Shown here: piece after piece, positions 21,401 to 34,972 of the stretch
Layout: each line of letters begins with the position of its first letter
Numbering within the stretch: position 1 is the first letter of the stretch
Made by a program: the position numbers and the translations under genes
The notes under the pieces: model-generated
The model's database searches: none
Told to the model about the DNA's origin: nothing
What the model saw: the letters and a program-made list of their open reading frames with translations, nothing else
NCBI GenBank assembly: GCA_964016885.1
Contig: OZ024743.1
Location: forward strand, 153,698,001-153,762,000
DNA from: Eledone cirrhosa
Taxonomy: Eukaryota
DNA: 64,000 nucleotides
Direction: 5' to 3'

Positions 21401-24153
21401 TTAGTAGGCTTTAGCAATAGAGAAAAATAGAGCAGAAAGAGAACTTGTTAGAAAATTAGACGAGGCGCTTAGCAAAGTCATAGCACTAGGGTGCGTACTC
21501 TCAGATACGAGGGGTCGAAAGCCGTTCAATGGGCCGGAGTGGCGGAGGCGCGATGTGGCAACAAAGCCACGATCCGGTCTTTGGTGGACTACGTGGGGCG
21601 CATCCTACTAGATCCCGGGCAAATGTGGGAAGCTTTTCTGCGACACTTCGCTCAGCTGTTCGGGGTCAGTGGTGGGTCGGATCGAAGGATGGACTTTAAT
21701 GCCTACCTTGACGGACTGCCGCAGCTCTCAGCCACTGAGGCGGACTGTTGCGAAAAGCATATACCAGCCGCTGAAATACGGGAGGCAATGACTGGCTGCA
21801 CAAGGGGTAAATCGCCTGGTTTGGATGGTCTGCCCTATGAACTTTACGTACAGATGCCAGACTCGTTCGCAGGCCTATTGGCGGATGTCCACTATAACTG
21901 GCAACAGAACGGGAGAATTACAAGCTCTGTGAGCCTAGAAGCAGTGGCACTGCTAAGAAAGGAGTCAAACAAGGGGGATAACATAGATAATATTCAGGCC
22001 CATAACACTGCTAAACACAGAGTTCAAAATTTTGGTCAAAGTGCTAGCAAAGAGGTTGGCGCATGTCGTTGGTGGTCTGGTGGGTGAGGCGCAGACATGC
22101 GCCATTCCAAACAGATCCATCCACGACAACCACCCCCTCATGCGATACATCGTGGAGAGGGTAGCTAGGGAACCTGGCACGGGTGGGTCCTTGATCAATT
22201 TAGATCAGTCGAAAGCTTTCGATATGGTCGACGATCGTTATCTGGCGGCAGAGCTGAGGGCAGCTGGCTTTGGGCCCGTCTTCAGAGGCTGGATCGCTGC
22301 CATTCACAGCGACATCTGCTCTGTGGTGAGAGTGAACGGTCATATTTCGGAACCATTCAACATCATGCGGTCGGTCCACCAAGGATGTCCTCTCTCGTCC
22401 CTCTTGTATGTATTGACTCTCGAGCCATTACTGCACAAACTGGAGACGTTGCGGAGTGTCTCGCGCGAACTAGGATGCGGAAAATCCGTGTCAGCATATG
22501 CGGACGATGTCACCGTAGTGGTGTCGAACGCCAAACACATCGAGGCGATTGGCACTACACTAAGAGAATACGAAGCGTTGACAGGAGCAATGATCAACCA
22601 GGAAAAGCTGGTGGGCCTGCAGTTCGGCACCTGGAGAGACAAGTCCATGCCGTCGAACAGTGTCTTCGGGCATTGGAAGGACGCACCGGTTAAACTGCTA
22701 GGGGTCTGGTTCTGTCTGGACCTCCAGGCGGACAAAACCTGGGACGAGGTGACGAGCAGGGTGGCTTCTCTCATCCATAAATGGGCAGAGAGGAAGCTAT
22801 CCCTGAAAGCTCGAGCGGAGGTAGCGAATGTGTACACCCCATCTGTCATCTACTACTGCCTGACCGTCATGCCTTGTCCTAAGCCTCACCTGACTGCACT
22901 GGAGCGTTTGCTCTTTCGCTTCTTGTGGAAGGGATGTGTTCCGAAGTTCAGGCGGTCCATTTGCTGTCAACACCCTCTACGCAGAGGGCTGGGCATGCCG
23001 TGGCTGATGATGCGCAGACATGCGCTCAGGCTACGGCATCTCCACCTCTTCCTCGACGGTGATCAGGTGTGGTCGCCCTTTGCTAGACACATGTTTCCCC
23101 AGCTTGTCTCCTTGGCGGAGCTGCAGTCCTGGTTCAAGCGAAGACAGAGAAGAAGCGCTTGGAGACTAGAATGTCTTCAGGCACTTACAGCCCTCGACCA
23201 GTCGAGCAATACAAACGCTGGAAACTCTACCTTGGCTTTCTATAGAGGGTTAGTGGAGGGAAAGCGCAACGACGTCCTTGGGGAGACTCTAGGCGTCGAC
23301 AAAAACTAACTAGCCAATCTCTTCGGGAGAACTTTCGGGCCGGGGCCCATGGACAACTTCCAAAAATCCTTGGCCTGGCGGTGTTACCGAGGAGCCTTGC
23401 CAGATCGGGATATATTCTACAGCTACAGGAATGGAAATGCCGTTAGCCGAGACTGTCCGAGATGCGCAGATGGCGATGAAACCGTCCTGCACTCACTCGT
23501 CCAGTGTCCGAGCATTGTTGATTTGTGGGTTTATGCCGAGCACCTGCTGTCACGTGCAGAACGGATCCGGCTATCAGCTGAGTCCATCGTGAACATTGCC
23601 CCACCGCCTTCCTTTAGCCGAGAAGGGCATACAGTTTTTATTTGCCTGGTGGCCATGGTAAAAGAGATTGTATGCTGGACATGTCTGAAAGGGTTGAAGA
23701 CCGGTACTTTCCTCTTCGGTGACACCCTCATTAACTTTTTCAGGTTTCACCTGAAGAGGAAAATCAGGGTGGAGAGGGAAGTACTGACCTCCAGCCAATT
23801 TGTTGAAAGGTGGGTGAGAGAGGCAAGAATGGCCCGTGTGAATGGGTCTACCCTGAGCCTGTGCCTGTAGCATTGTAAGAGGAAAACTGGAAAAGTGCAT
23901 TTTTCCCTAGTGGTCAGGGTAACCGTGGCTTTTCTTGTGGGATTTCTCCACGAGCAACTCTCGGAGGTCTCCCCCCTTTTGGGAATTTTCCATTGTTTCC
24001 TTTTGTTACACTCTGTTTTTGTTTTTTTTACACACAGAAATGCCCATTTGTATTGTCCTGTATCGTCCTTAATGTTATACTTTGTGTCAACCCATGTGGT
24101 TAATAAAGAAAGCATTATTATTATTATTATCATTATTATAATTATTATTATTA
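18480..24153 (+). mobile_element. Full-length degenerate Tx1-clade LINE, subfamily B
   Basis: ORF1 pieces with CHGCGDKTHLKPCC. ORF2 runs from ATG 20547 (MASLRMGSIHVRG) to 23870, including a 425-aa RT piece. The 3'UTR ends in a (TTA)n tail at 24113-24153. Confidence 0.92.
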
Positions 24154-25313
24154 CCACCCAGAAATGGGCGGAGAGGAAGCTATCCCTGAAAGGTCGAGCG
24201 GAGGTGGCTAACGCGTACATCGCGTCTGTCATCTTCTACCGCCTGACCGTCGTACCTTGTCCTAAGCCCCGCCTAACTACGCTGGAACGCTTACTCTTTC
24301 GCTTTTTGTGGAAGGGACGCGCTCCGATGGTCAGGCGGTCCATATGTTGTCAACACCCGCTACGTGGAGGGCTGGGAATGCCATGGCTGATGATGCGCAG
24401 ACACGCGCTCAGGGTATGACATCTCCACTTCTTCCTCGACGGTGATCAGGTGTGGTCGCCGTTTGCAAGACACGTCTTTACCCAGCTCGTTTCCTTGACG
24501 GAGCTGCAGTCCTGGGTCAAGCGAAGACCGAGAGTGAGCGCTTGGAGACTGGAATGACTTCAGGCGTTCACAGCCCTCGACCAATCGGGCAATGTGATCG
24601 TTGGAAACTCCACCTCGGCGTCCCATAGAGGATTAGTGGAGGGGAAGAGCGACGACGTACTTGGGGAAACTCTAGGCGTCAAAGAAAATCAACTAGCCAA
24701 TCTCTTCGAAAGAACTTTCGGACTGAGGCCTATGGACAACTTCCAGAAATCCCTGGCCTGGCAGTGCTACCGAGGAGCCTTGCCAGTTCGGGATAAACTC
24801 TACAGGCATGGAGGTGCCGTCAGCCGGGCATGTCCGAGATGCGCACAGGGCGACGAAACCGTCCTGCACGCACTCGTCCAGTGTCCGAGCATTGCTGACT
24901 TGTGGGTTTATGTCGAACACCTGCTGCCACGTGTAGGAAGGATCCAGCTATCAGCTGAGTCCATCGTGATATTGCCGCGGCTACTTCCTTTAGCCGGGAA
25001 GGGCAGGCAGTTTTTATCTGTCTGGTGGCCATGGCGAAAGAGATAGTATGGTGGACACGTTTGAAAGGCCTGAAGACGAGCACTTACCTCTTCGGTGATG
25101 CCCTGATTGACTTTTTCAAATTTAATTTGAAAAGGAAAATGAGAGTAGAGAGGGAAGTGCTCTCTTCGCAGCATTTTGGTGAAAGATGGGTGAGAGAAGC
25201 AAGAATGGCCCGAGTGAATGGGCCTACTCTGAGTATGTGTCTGTAAATTAAAGGTGGATAACTGGGAGAGGGCACTTTCCTCTGTTTTAGTATTTCACAC
25301 GCAGAAATGCCCA
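24154..25313 (+). mobile_element. 5'-truncated Tx1 LINE subfamily C with internally deleted, tail-less 3'UTR
   Basis: Begins TQKWAERKLSLKGRAEV after (ATT)n and ends ...GPTLSMCL*. The 3'UTR stops at GCAGAAATGCCCAT and is fused to a Dong RT. Confidence 0.9.
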
Positions 25314-27119
25314 TGTTATCTGCCACCTTGAAGATCTTTAGACTTTTGGTTATCCAAGAATGAGGTAACATGTCGAATGCCTTTTTGTAATCTATCCATC
25401 CCATGGCAAGACCAGTGTGTCTCCTCTTGCAATTGCTCATTACCATCTTATCAATAAGTAACTGGTCTTTTGTACCACGGGACTTATTTCGGCAATCTTT
25501 CTGTTCGTCCGGTAACAAGTTGTTTATGTGGAGATGGTGGTAGATTTTCTTAGGCACAATGCTTGTTAACAGTTTCCACATTACGGACAGACATGTGATA
25601 GGTCTATAGTTGGTAACCCTTGGTTCGGTCTTTCATTACCAGAACTGTGGTACCTTTTGTCTTGTACCTCACCTGACATCAAGCAGTCATTGAACATGGT
25701 TGTCAGTTTCGGGTAGAGGGATGTTATATTTTTAATCCAATACCCCTGCACACCATCTGGGCCTGGTGATTTCCAGTTGGTTATTTTTTGGGCCTGCCCC
25801 TTAAGAGTTTCAACTGTGATACTCAAATCAGTTTGTTGGTGTGCTTGTTCACTAATCTCCTTTTGAACTGTCTCAATCCAAACAGCCTGACTATTATGTT
25901 CAGCATCCTGCTCCCATATTCCTTTCCATAATGTCTTAGTATGTTCCGCCTCAGGGATCAAGTCGTTGCCTCTTTCTTTCCCTTCAAGCTGTCCAAACAG
26001 CATCTTCTGGTTGTTGTCAAACATGCGGTTCTGTCTATACTGACTGACTCTGCTCTCGTATCGCCTAATCTTTGCACTTTTTGCTACAATGCCTTGCTTC
26101 AGTTCCTCTATGATAATATTTAGCTTTTCCCCCCTAGTTTTGTACTTTATTTCCAATCTATTTTTTGTGTCTATGTTTTGTAATGTCCCATTCAGTAGGG
26201 ACTCAAGCTTTCCAATGTCTTTTCTCATTTCCTTGATTTGACCATTCAGTCGTTTCTTCCACCAAGGTTCTGACTTTTTGGTTTGTTGTTTCCTCTCGTT
26301 TTTATGCCATGTAATTTCCTCACCGCATTTGCTGTTTCTTTGAGAATATTGTTGCATTGGTGAAGGCTCCTCGCCTCAAGGTATGGAATGAGTTTGTTTA
26401 CCTTAGCTGTTGTTTCTTTTAACTTTTTCCTGTCTACAAATCTTTGGTTCATAGGTTTTCCACTATCATCGTTCATTTCATCTACCATTAAGTTCAGGAT
26501 ATCAACCAAATCTTGTCCTAGCCCGTCAGCATTCATTTCCTCAATGGCCATATCTTTGTTCCAGATGTTATTTATTTCAGCATTGTTATTTATTCAGATC
26601 ATTGTCTGCTTCGGATGCTTCCTCAGGTCTCTCAACCTCTTCACCTTCCTTTCCCACTGGCTCGTTTGCCTGGCATACTCCACTCTCCATTTCCAAGCTA
26701 ATCTCTCTGCTCAGTTCCTCCAGTTCCAGCTCGCTTATCCACCCATTAGTTCTTATTACCCGAGCCTGCCCGGCCAATTTTTGTTCATCTAATTTACATA
26801 GACCAATCTCGTTCCAGATGTTAAGCATCCGTTTCCTATAGCCTTTCTCCTTGGGGTTACTCTTCAGGTAACATTGCATAACAGTTCTATTCAATTCTTT
26901 CGTCCAGTTGGTTCTGGTCCCTTTCCTTCTTCTTCTTCCTCCATCACCAGGAGTATTTGGATGACAGCCAGGTCCCTGCTGCTGGGCCAGGAAGCACTTG
27001 CTAGGTGAGAGTCTGTGACATGTCGTTCCAGTCTCCTCTTCACCGTTATTCGAACTGTTTAGGTTCGATATTTAAACACTCATATCGAGGATTGGTGAAT
27101 GTATGGTTACATAACCACC

Positions 27120-27180
27120 GGTGATTTCATCACCCCCAGTGATCTCGTCACCCCCAGTGATTTCATCACCCCCGGGGATT
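27120..27180. repeat. Three ~18-bp hairpin-forming tandem units (GTGATTTCATCACCCCCA)
   Basis: Directly visible; each unit contains a GTGA...TCAC inverted repeat. Confidence 0.85.
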
Positions 27181-27497
27181 TTAGCGTGGCACCATCACTC
27201 TGTAGACGAACATAAATAAATAAACAAACAAATAGATAAAAACTTTAAAAATTAAAGATGTTTCATTGTAAAGTTTGAATGTCTGACTTAGTTTTTTGTT
27301 TGTTTTTCCTTTTTGTTTTTCAAGGCCAGTAACATCGGTTACCAGTGTTGTTGTTGTTGCTGCTGTTTTTTTTTATTTTAGCTACGAGGGAAGTAGGGCT
27401 CGTTGCGTTCAAAACTTTTGAAATTTGTTTTTCTTTTGTTGTTGCATTTGTTTTTGTCTGTGTTCTGTTCTGTAATTTTTCGACTTGTTGCTTATCA

Positions 27498-27622
27498 TTG
27501 AGTTCAAATCCCGCCGAGGTTAACTTTGCCTTTCATCCTTACGGGGTCGATTAAATAAAGTACCAGTAATACACTGGGATAATTGCTGGCCTTGCGCCTA
27601 AAGTAGAAACAATTATTATTAT
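27498..27622 (+). mobile_element. 5'-truncated SINE (same family as 18223)
   Basis: B-box, central domain and the tail GGCCTTGCGCCTAAAGTAGAAACAATTATTATT. Confidence 0.88.
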
Positions 27623-28289
27623 ATTATAGTTTAGATTTGACATCGTTTAAACTAAACATTTTGAGAGAGTTTAGAGATACAACAACAATAATTATTATGG
27701 TGCTGTTGTTAGCTGTTTGACCGGGTCACTAAATCAGTCTATTTATATCTTGTGGTGTCTTCCTCGCTTCTAGTCATGTGTAGTGGCACTACTACCATCC
27801 ATCTCTTAACAGGAGGTATTGAGGGAATAGTAGTGGTAGCGATGATGCAGTGGTGACGGTGGTGATGGGATAGTAGTACTGTAGTGATGGTGTTGTTGTA
27901 GCTGTTGGTTTGTATCTAGCTACATTTTTTGTGGTAGAGATGGTGGTGGCGGCGGCGGTGGTGGTGGTGTTGGTGGTGAAATTATTTGGCTGTTATTTTC
28001 TTCCATTTGTGACCATTTGTAACCGTTTTCTTTTTTCACTATAACATTTCTGATACAAAATTAAATATTAAATATTGGAGCCCTATGCCATAATGTTATG
28101 CGTTGTCACTTCCTGAGAGCTCAGACTGGTATCTTATGTCCCATTTGTAATACGAATTATTCTATTACAATTGTTTTAAATATGTAAAAAATCAAAATCT
28201 TACGGGAGCAATTCCATAACACTCTACCCACCATGTGCGTATTCTTCCCTATCCTGTTTATTATTATTATTTTTATTATTATTATTATT

Positions 28290-28643
28290 GTTCTTTGAGT
28301 CTCAGTCATTGATGTTATTTAACTGGAAAGTTTGTTGAAATGACTATCAAGCCACTACCTGCAGCCTCAGATATTCTGGACGTATCGGAGGGTTCTTGCT
28401 GTTCCCAGCATGCCTTTTGAAGTGTTCCAAAAAGCGGGGCGGGACCAATTTTCTTTAACCATCCTTGGAAACTCTTTGAGATAGTACCTAGTGCGCTTAT
28501 GACAATCGGAACCACTTTGACTTCATGGCAGTTCCAAATCCTTTTTACTTCCCACTTTAAGTCCTGGTATCGGTTAATTTTCTCCCTCTCCTTCTCTTGC
28601 ACTCTCGTGTCGAATGGGCAGGCCACATCCACAATCAGGCACG
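28290..28643 (-). mobile_element. R4/Dong alpha 3' stub (~350 bp)
   Basis: DVACPFDTRVQEKEREKINRYQDLKWE plus the alpha 3'UTR, with (ATT)n on both sides. Confidence 0.9.
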
Positions 28644-28669
28644 ATTATTATTATTATTATTATTATTAT

Positions 28670-28880
28670 TTCTCCACAAATGTCCCTCCGAAGTCTTCCC
28701 CCTATTGGGGAATTATTCATTGTTATTTTTTTGTTACATCCTCTGTTTTTGTTTTTTACACGCAGAAATGCCCATTTGTACCGTCCTGTATTGTCCTGCA
28801 CTGTCCTTAATGTCTACTTTATGTAAACCCTTGTGGTTAATAAATAAATCATTATTATTATTATTATTGTTATTGTTATT
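28670..28880 (+). mobile_element. Tx1-C 3'UTR stub with tail
   Basis: Matches 43897-44068 (TCTCCACAAATGTCCCTC...CCCTTGTGGTTAATAAA). Confidence 0.9.
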
Positions 28881-30099
28881 CCTTGAATCTCAGTCATTGA
28901 TGTTGGTTAACTGTAAAGTCCGTTGGATTGAATATCAAGCCACTACCTGCAGCCTCAGATATTCAGGACGTATCGGAGGGTTCTTGCTGTTCCAAGCAAG
29001 CATGCCTTTTGAAGCGTTCCAAAAAGCGTGAAGGGGCCGATTTTCTTTAACCATCCCTGGAAACCTTTGGAGATAGTCCCCAGTGCGCCTATGACAATCG
29101 GGATCACTTTGACTTCATGGCAGTTCCAAATCCTTTTCACCTCCCACTTTAGGTCCTGGTATCGGTTAATTTTCTCCCTCTCCTTCTCTTGCACTCTCGT
29201 GTCGAACGGGCAGGCCACATCCACAATCAGGCACGATCTTTTTTCTTTGTCCACAACCACCAGGTCAGGTCTATTGTGTTCCAGTTTTTTGTCCGTCTGT
29301 AACCTAAAATCCCACAGCACCTTCACCTGACTGTTCTCCATCACCGCCTCTGGCCTATGCTCATACCATTTCTCAGAATGTGGTAGATTGTTTACTTTGC
29401 ACAGGTGCCAGTGGATGACCCTGCCCATCACATCGTGTCTCCAGCCCTTATAGTGGGTCTGGGCTAGGTGTTTACACTCGGACACAATGTGAGCCACAGT
29501 CTCCTCTCTCTCTCCACAGATCCTGCACAGTGGGCTAGCCTCCTCCTTGTAGATATGGTGCTTCAACCACTTCGTTTTGAGGGCCTGATCCTGCGCAGCC
29601 ATTAGCATTCCTTCTGTAGCCTTTTTGAGGTCTCCTATTCTCAACCAGTTCCATGTCTGTGGATCTCTAAATTCAGTTTTCTCAAAGAAGGTACTATGAA
29701 GGGATTTTCCCTTAAGGCTGCTCTTCCTCCTTGATGTTATTTCCTCCTTGGACATCCCCTGGCCTACTGTCCCCTCCTTCAGTACAGTTCTGAGCATTGG
29801 CTCCTTACTATAGGTCACGTATTTGTATAGGTTGTTTTTCTCCATCTGAACACAGTCCTCTCTGCTGATAAGACCTCTTCCACCCTCAGATCTCCTTAGG
29901 TAGAGTCTATCGACATCACTCCTCTTGTGGAACATGTTGTAGATAGTCAATAGCTTCCTAGTCTTCCTATCCATTTCTTTTTGTTCAGCAACATTCCATC
30001 TCAGAATTCCCGCACTGTACCTAATAATAGACACAGCTCGGGAATTTACTGCGCTTATGGCATTTCTGCTGTTCAGATGTGACTTCAATACGCTCCTTA

Positions 30100-30100
<1 letters not shown>
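28881..30100 (-). mobile_element. 5'-truncated R4/Dong alpha with an uninterrupted 377-aa C-terminal ORF
   Basis: ORF 28955-30088 has GGRGL, CRICGEREETVAHIVSEC (CCHC), RHD and NRPD...VDVAC...KINRY (PD-(D/E)xK RLE). Confidence 0.95.
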
Positions 30101-30144
<44 letters not shown>

Positions 30145-30149
30145 CATTG

Positions 30150-33125
30150 CTTTTCCTTTTCCTTCAGTATTGTTTCTTATACATGCCGAGTGTCTTCCTG
30201 AAACCTAGGACAAGTAAATTCACTTAATCATTACAGCACTGTGTGCCTTGTGTATGATCATTGTAAGTTTTGCTGACATTGGTTCTATTGTATTAATAGT
30301 ACTTTTCGTAATATGTGTGCAGTGCCTAGTAGTACTATCTTTTGTATGCTGTATATATTTGTAAGTCCTGTGGTTTTGGCTATGCATTTGTTTGTGTGTT
30401 TTTTCATCATTCTTAGAGCCCCTATTATTATAGGTATTGTTTCTGTTTTCATGTTTTACATTCAAGTTATTGTTATCTCTAGATCTTTATATATGGAGAG
30501 TTCCTCTATTTCCTTGGAAGATATTCTGTCGTCTGTGGGGATAGATACATCTATTAGAAAGCATTTTTTTCTTTGTGGTCTTTGACGATAACATCTGTTT
30601 GGTTGGCCTTGATCTCTCTGTCCGTATATATTGGCATATCCCAGAGAATGATTGCTTTTTCATTCTCTGAAACTTTTTCTGGTGTGTGTTTATACCACCT
30701 TTTTTCTGTTGGTATTTCATAAAGCAGGTATAATTTCCAGTATATGAAGGTCCCAACTCTATCATGTCTGTGGATATAGTCTTGTTTCGCTAGAGCTGGG
30801 CATCCATTCAGTTACTTATAGTGCTTTGTTTCATTATGTACTGCTGGTAGTTTCTGGTGGGTAGACTCCGGTCTTGCGCTGCAATTAGAAATGCTTCCAT
30901 CTCAGCTTTTAGTCCAGTTCTTCAGAGCTAGTTTTGTGAGTATTCTTTGTCTACTTCTTTTCTATTTAGCTTTTTGGGGTATTGGTCACGTAAGGATTTC
31001 TCTTGCTATCGTTTTAAGATGGTATTCTGGATGTCCGTTTTCAATTAAAATCTTATGTCTTTTACAATTTCTATTGTTGTTTTTCTTTGCTTTCATTTCC
31101 TCACAATTATCTGTTAGTCCAGTATCTGATTTGAATTGTTTGGCTTCCTTGAAGACCGAGAACAATTTCTTGTTTTGTTCATGTTTCGTGGCTATTTGTA
31201 TTAGCATTCCTTTGTTTTTATTAGGTATTTTTGAAGTCCTACGGTAGTTATTTTTAAAGAGTTTTCTAGTTTCATAAGGTCCCTTGCTCCTCGTGTTCTT
31301 GGTAGGTATAAGCTTTCTACATCTGGTTTTGGATGGTGTATTCTAAATGTGGTCATTAACTATCTTGTTTTTCTATTCATTCCAGCTAGTCCTTTCAGTG
31401 TCCAGTTCAAAATGTTAAAGCTGTAGCTCATTACTGGGACTGCTAAAGTGTTGATGCCAATCACCTTATTCTTTGCATTTAGTTCAGTTATGAGTATTAA
31501 CCCATTTCTTCTTTAGTATTCTTTTCTAATCTTTACTCTCATCTGTATGTGTTGAGTCTTATATAGTTCGTTGATTCCTAAGTATTTGTATGTCTGAGTC
31601 TGATCTAGTTCTCTTATTTCTGTTTCTTTATCTAACATGATATTATTGCTTTTCACTAGTTTCCCTCTCTTCAGAGTTGCCGTAGCACATTTTTCTAATC
31701 CAAATTGCATACGTATTACTTTTGTAAATCCGTGTACAGTTTGGAGCAGTGTTTGGAGTTGTTCTTCATTTGTAGCATACGGCATCAGATCATTCATATA
31801 TAGGAGATGGTTAATTTCCCCATTATAGCATTTATACTCGAGCCCAGTTCTGTTTAGTGCTTCATATAGTGGTGTTAATGCTAGGAAGAAAAGGAGTGGT
31901 AATAAAGAGTCTCCTTGGAATATACCTCTGTTCATTGGGATAGGCTCTGTTTTTATCGTTTTATCTTTTGTTTGTATCAGCAGAATTGTTTGCCTTTTAC
32001 TCATGGTATGTTTGATAAATGTTGTTATTTTGGCTGATATTTTATCCATGGCTAGTGTGTTGATTATCCATGTATGGGGAACACTGTCAAACACCTTTTG
32101 GTAATCAATCCAATACATGCTGAGGTTTTGGGGGTCTTTTTTTGGCAGTTTTCAATTATGGCTTTATTTATTAATAACTTGTCTTTGCATCCATATAAGC
32201 CTCTGCATCATCCTTTCTGTTCTTCTGGGAACAGTTTATTTTTTTTTTCGAGTTGTGTGCTTATTTTCTGTAATAGTATTGACATAAAGATTTTGTATGT
32301 AGTGGCAAGCATGTTATGGGTTTCTAATTTGGGGGGTTTGCTGTGTCATTACTTTTTGGAATCAGGATCGTTTTCCCCTTAGTGAGCTAGTCAGGTGATT
32401 TTTCTGGTTCTATCAGAATTTTGTTAAATTCCTTTGCCAGCATTTCATGTGTCCCTGTTAAATATTTTAACCAGAAGCTGGGGATCTTGTCATGTCCCGG
32501 TGCCTTCCAGTTGCTTGCCCCTCTCAGTGTGATAGATACATCATCTGTTATAACATCCTCTAATAGTTGTTCGTCTGATGTGTTTGCTATTCTTGCTAGC
32601 TTTGTAAATGGTAATTTCTTTTCCTCTTCTGCCCATATTCTTCTCTAGAATTCATCCACTTCTTTTTCTTTTGGGGCTACATTAACTTCTAATTTGTTTC
32701 TGTTAAGTTCTTGGTAGAATCATTTTGGGTTGGAGTGAACCAGTTAATTTAGATGGAAAAACTTTTTTCATATCATCGGATTCTTTGTGCCAGTATTTGT
32801 TATTTAAGGTTTTTCTGTTTGGGATTTCCCATGGTTATATTTTATTAGTGTTTTTATTTATTTCCCTGTTCTTAGTTTTAATGTTTTTTTTTCCTATTTC
32901 ATTTAAGATTCATAGGATTTTTCTATCTTTTTTGGTATCTTTGATTTCCACGTTTGTGTGGATTTTGTTTTTCTAGCTTCTATAGCTCTAAGAGGGTATC
33001 CACTTTCTTTTGTAACAACAGTGGTTGCTGTATATATTATATTATATAAATCTGTGATATTAGTGGTTTTGTTCATATATATTAAGTCTGTGATGGCTAA
33101 GTTAGTGTTTTTTATAAGGGTTGCT
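30150..33125 (-). mobile_element. Old, highly degenerate R4/Dong-like LINE, family beta
   Basis: WIDYQKVFDSVPHTW, GIFQGDSLLPLLF, HLLYMNDL and YKYLG, with a distinct 3'UTR. Flanked by (ATT)n. Confidence 0.85.
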
Positions 33126-33149
33126 ACTTTATTATTACTGTTGTTGTTG

Positions 33150-33196
<47 letters not shown>

Positions 33197-33203
33197 GTTA
33201 TTA

Positions 33204-34922
33204 CTCTTTGAGTCTCAGTCATTGATGTTAGTTAACTGGAAAGTTTGTTGAGATGAATATCAAGCCACTACCTGCAGCCTCAGATATTCAGGACGTATCG
33301 GAGGGTTCTTGCTGTTCCCAACAAGCATGCCTTTTGAAGCGTTCCAAAAAGTGTGGCGGGGCGAATTTTCTTTAACCATCCCTAGAAACTTTTTGAGATA
33401 GTACCTAGTGCGCCTATGACAATCGGGACCACTTTGACTTCATGGCAGTTCCAAATCCTTTTTACCTCCCACTTTAAGTCTTGGTATCGGTTAATTTTCA
33501 CCCTCTCTTTCTCTTGCACTCTCGTGTCGAATGGGCAGGCCACATCCACAATCAGGCACGATTTTTTTCCTTGTCCAAAACCACCAGCTCACGTCTATTG
33601 TGTTCCAGTTTCTTGTCCGTCTGTATCCTAAAATCCCACAGCACCTTCACCTGATCGTTTTCTATCACCGACTCTGGCTTATGCTCATACCACTTCTCAG
33701 AATGTGGTAAATTGTTTACTTTGCATAGGTGCCAGTGGATCACCTTGCCCATCACATCATGTCTCCAGCCCTTATAGTGAGTCTGGGCTAGGTGTTTACA
33801 CTCGGATACAATGTGAGCCACAGTCTCCTCTCTCTCTCTCTCCACAGATCCTGCACAGTGGGCTAGCCTCCTCCTTGTAAATATGGTGTTTCAACCACAT
33901 CGTTTTGAGGGCCTGCTCTTGCGCAGCCATTAGCATTCCTTCTGTAGCGTGTTTAAGGTCTCCTCTTTTCAACCAGTTCCATGCCTGTGGATCTCTGAAT
34001 TCAGTTTTCTCAAAGAAGGTAATATGAAGGGATTTGTCATGAAGGCTGCTCTTTCTCCTTGTTGTTATTTCCTCTTTGGACATCCCCTGGTCTATTGTCC
34101 TCTCCTTCAGTACAATTCTGAGCATTGGCTCCTTACTATTAGTCACGTATTTGTGTAGGTTGTTTTTCTCCATCTGAACACAGTCCTCTATGCTGATAAG
34201 ACCTCTTCCACCTTCAGATCTCCTTAAGTAGAGTATATCGACATCACTCCTCTTGTGGAACATGTTGTAGTTAGTCAATAGCTTCCTAGTCTTCCTATCC
34301 ATTTCTCTTTGTTCAGCAACATTCCAACTCAGAATACCCGCACTGTACCTAATAATAGACACAGCTCGGGAATTTACTGCACTTATGGCATTCCTATTGT
34401 TCAGATGTCACTTTAATATGCTCCTTATTCTCCGAATGTATTCAGATCTTATCAATTCCTTCATTTTTTTTTTCTTGATGTCTTTAGCCTCCAGAACACC
34501 CAAATACTTGTATTCTTCTTCAGTGTCAATTTCCTTTATCATCTCACCTGTTGGTACCTGGATTCCGTTGCTTCTGCTCAATTTACCCCTCTTCATCACA
34601 AGGACTCCACACTTCCTTATACCAAATTTCATACATATATCAGTGCTGAAAATACGGACAGTGTCAACAAGCACATCCAACTCCTTCTCACTCTTCCGAA
34701 GAGCTTAAGATCGTCCATGAAAAGGAGGGGTGATTGATGGTAAGCTCTCCCTTTCCAACTTGTATCCTGCTCTCACTTTTCGCAGTATAATGGTCAGGGT
34801 CATCAGGGCAAGGACAAACAACACAGGGGACAGACTACCTCTCTGGAAGATACCTCTCTTGATCTTCCCGCCTCCCAATGATTCTCCAGCTGATGTTAAT
34901 TCTGTTTTCCAGGGCTTCATAC

Positions 34923-34923
<1 letters not shown>
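33204..34923 (-). mobile_element. 5'-truncated R4/Dong alpha
   Basis: RT and RLE pieces homologous to 15932-17835 and 28881-30100, with (ATT)n on both sides. Confidence 0.92.

Positions 34924-34970
<47 letters not shown>

Positions 34971-34972
<2 letters not shown>

Larger units (their letters stand above)
25311..28258 (-). mobile_element. 5' half of an R4/Dong-like LINE (putative 5'UTR, N-terminus, RT up to [11 protein letters not shown])
   Basis: ATG at 27083, then Myb-like NWTKELNRTVMQCY...[40 protein letters not shown] and WIDYKKAFD. Assigning 27084-28258 as 5'UTR is inferred only from its abutting a (TAA)n tract. Confidence 0.75.

Noticed and set aside
27120-27180. CRISPR-like palindromic repeats
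   Set aside because: Units are directly adjacent with no unique spacers, there are no cas genes, and the context is eukaryotic.
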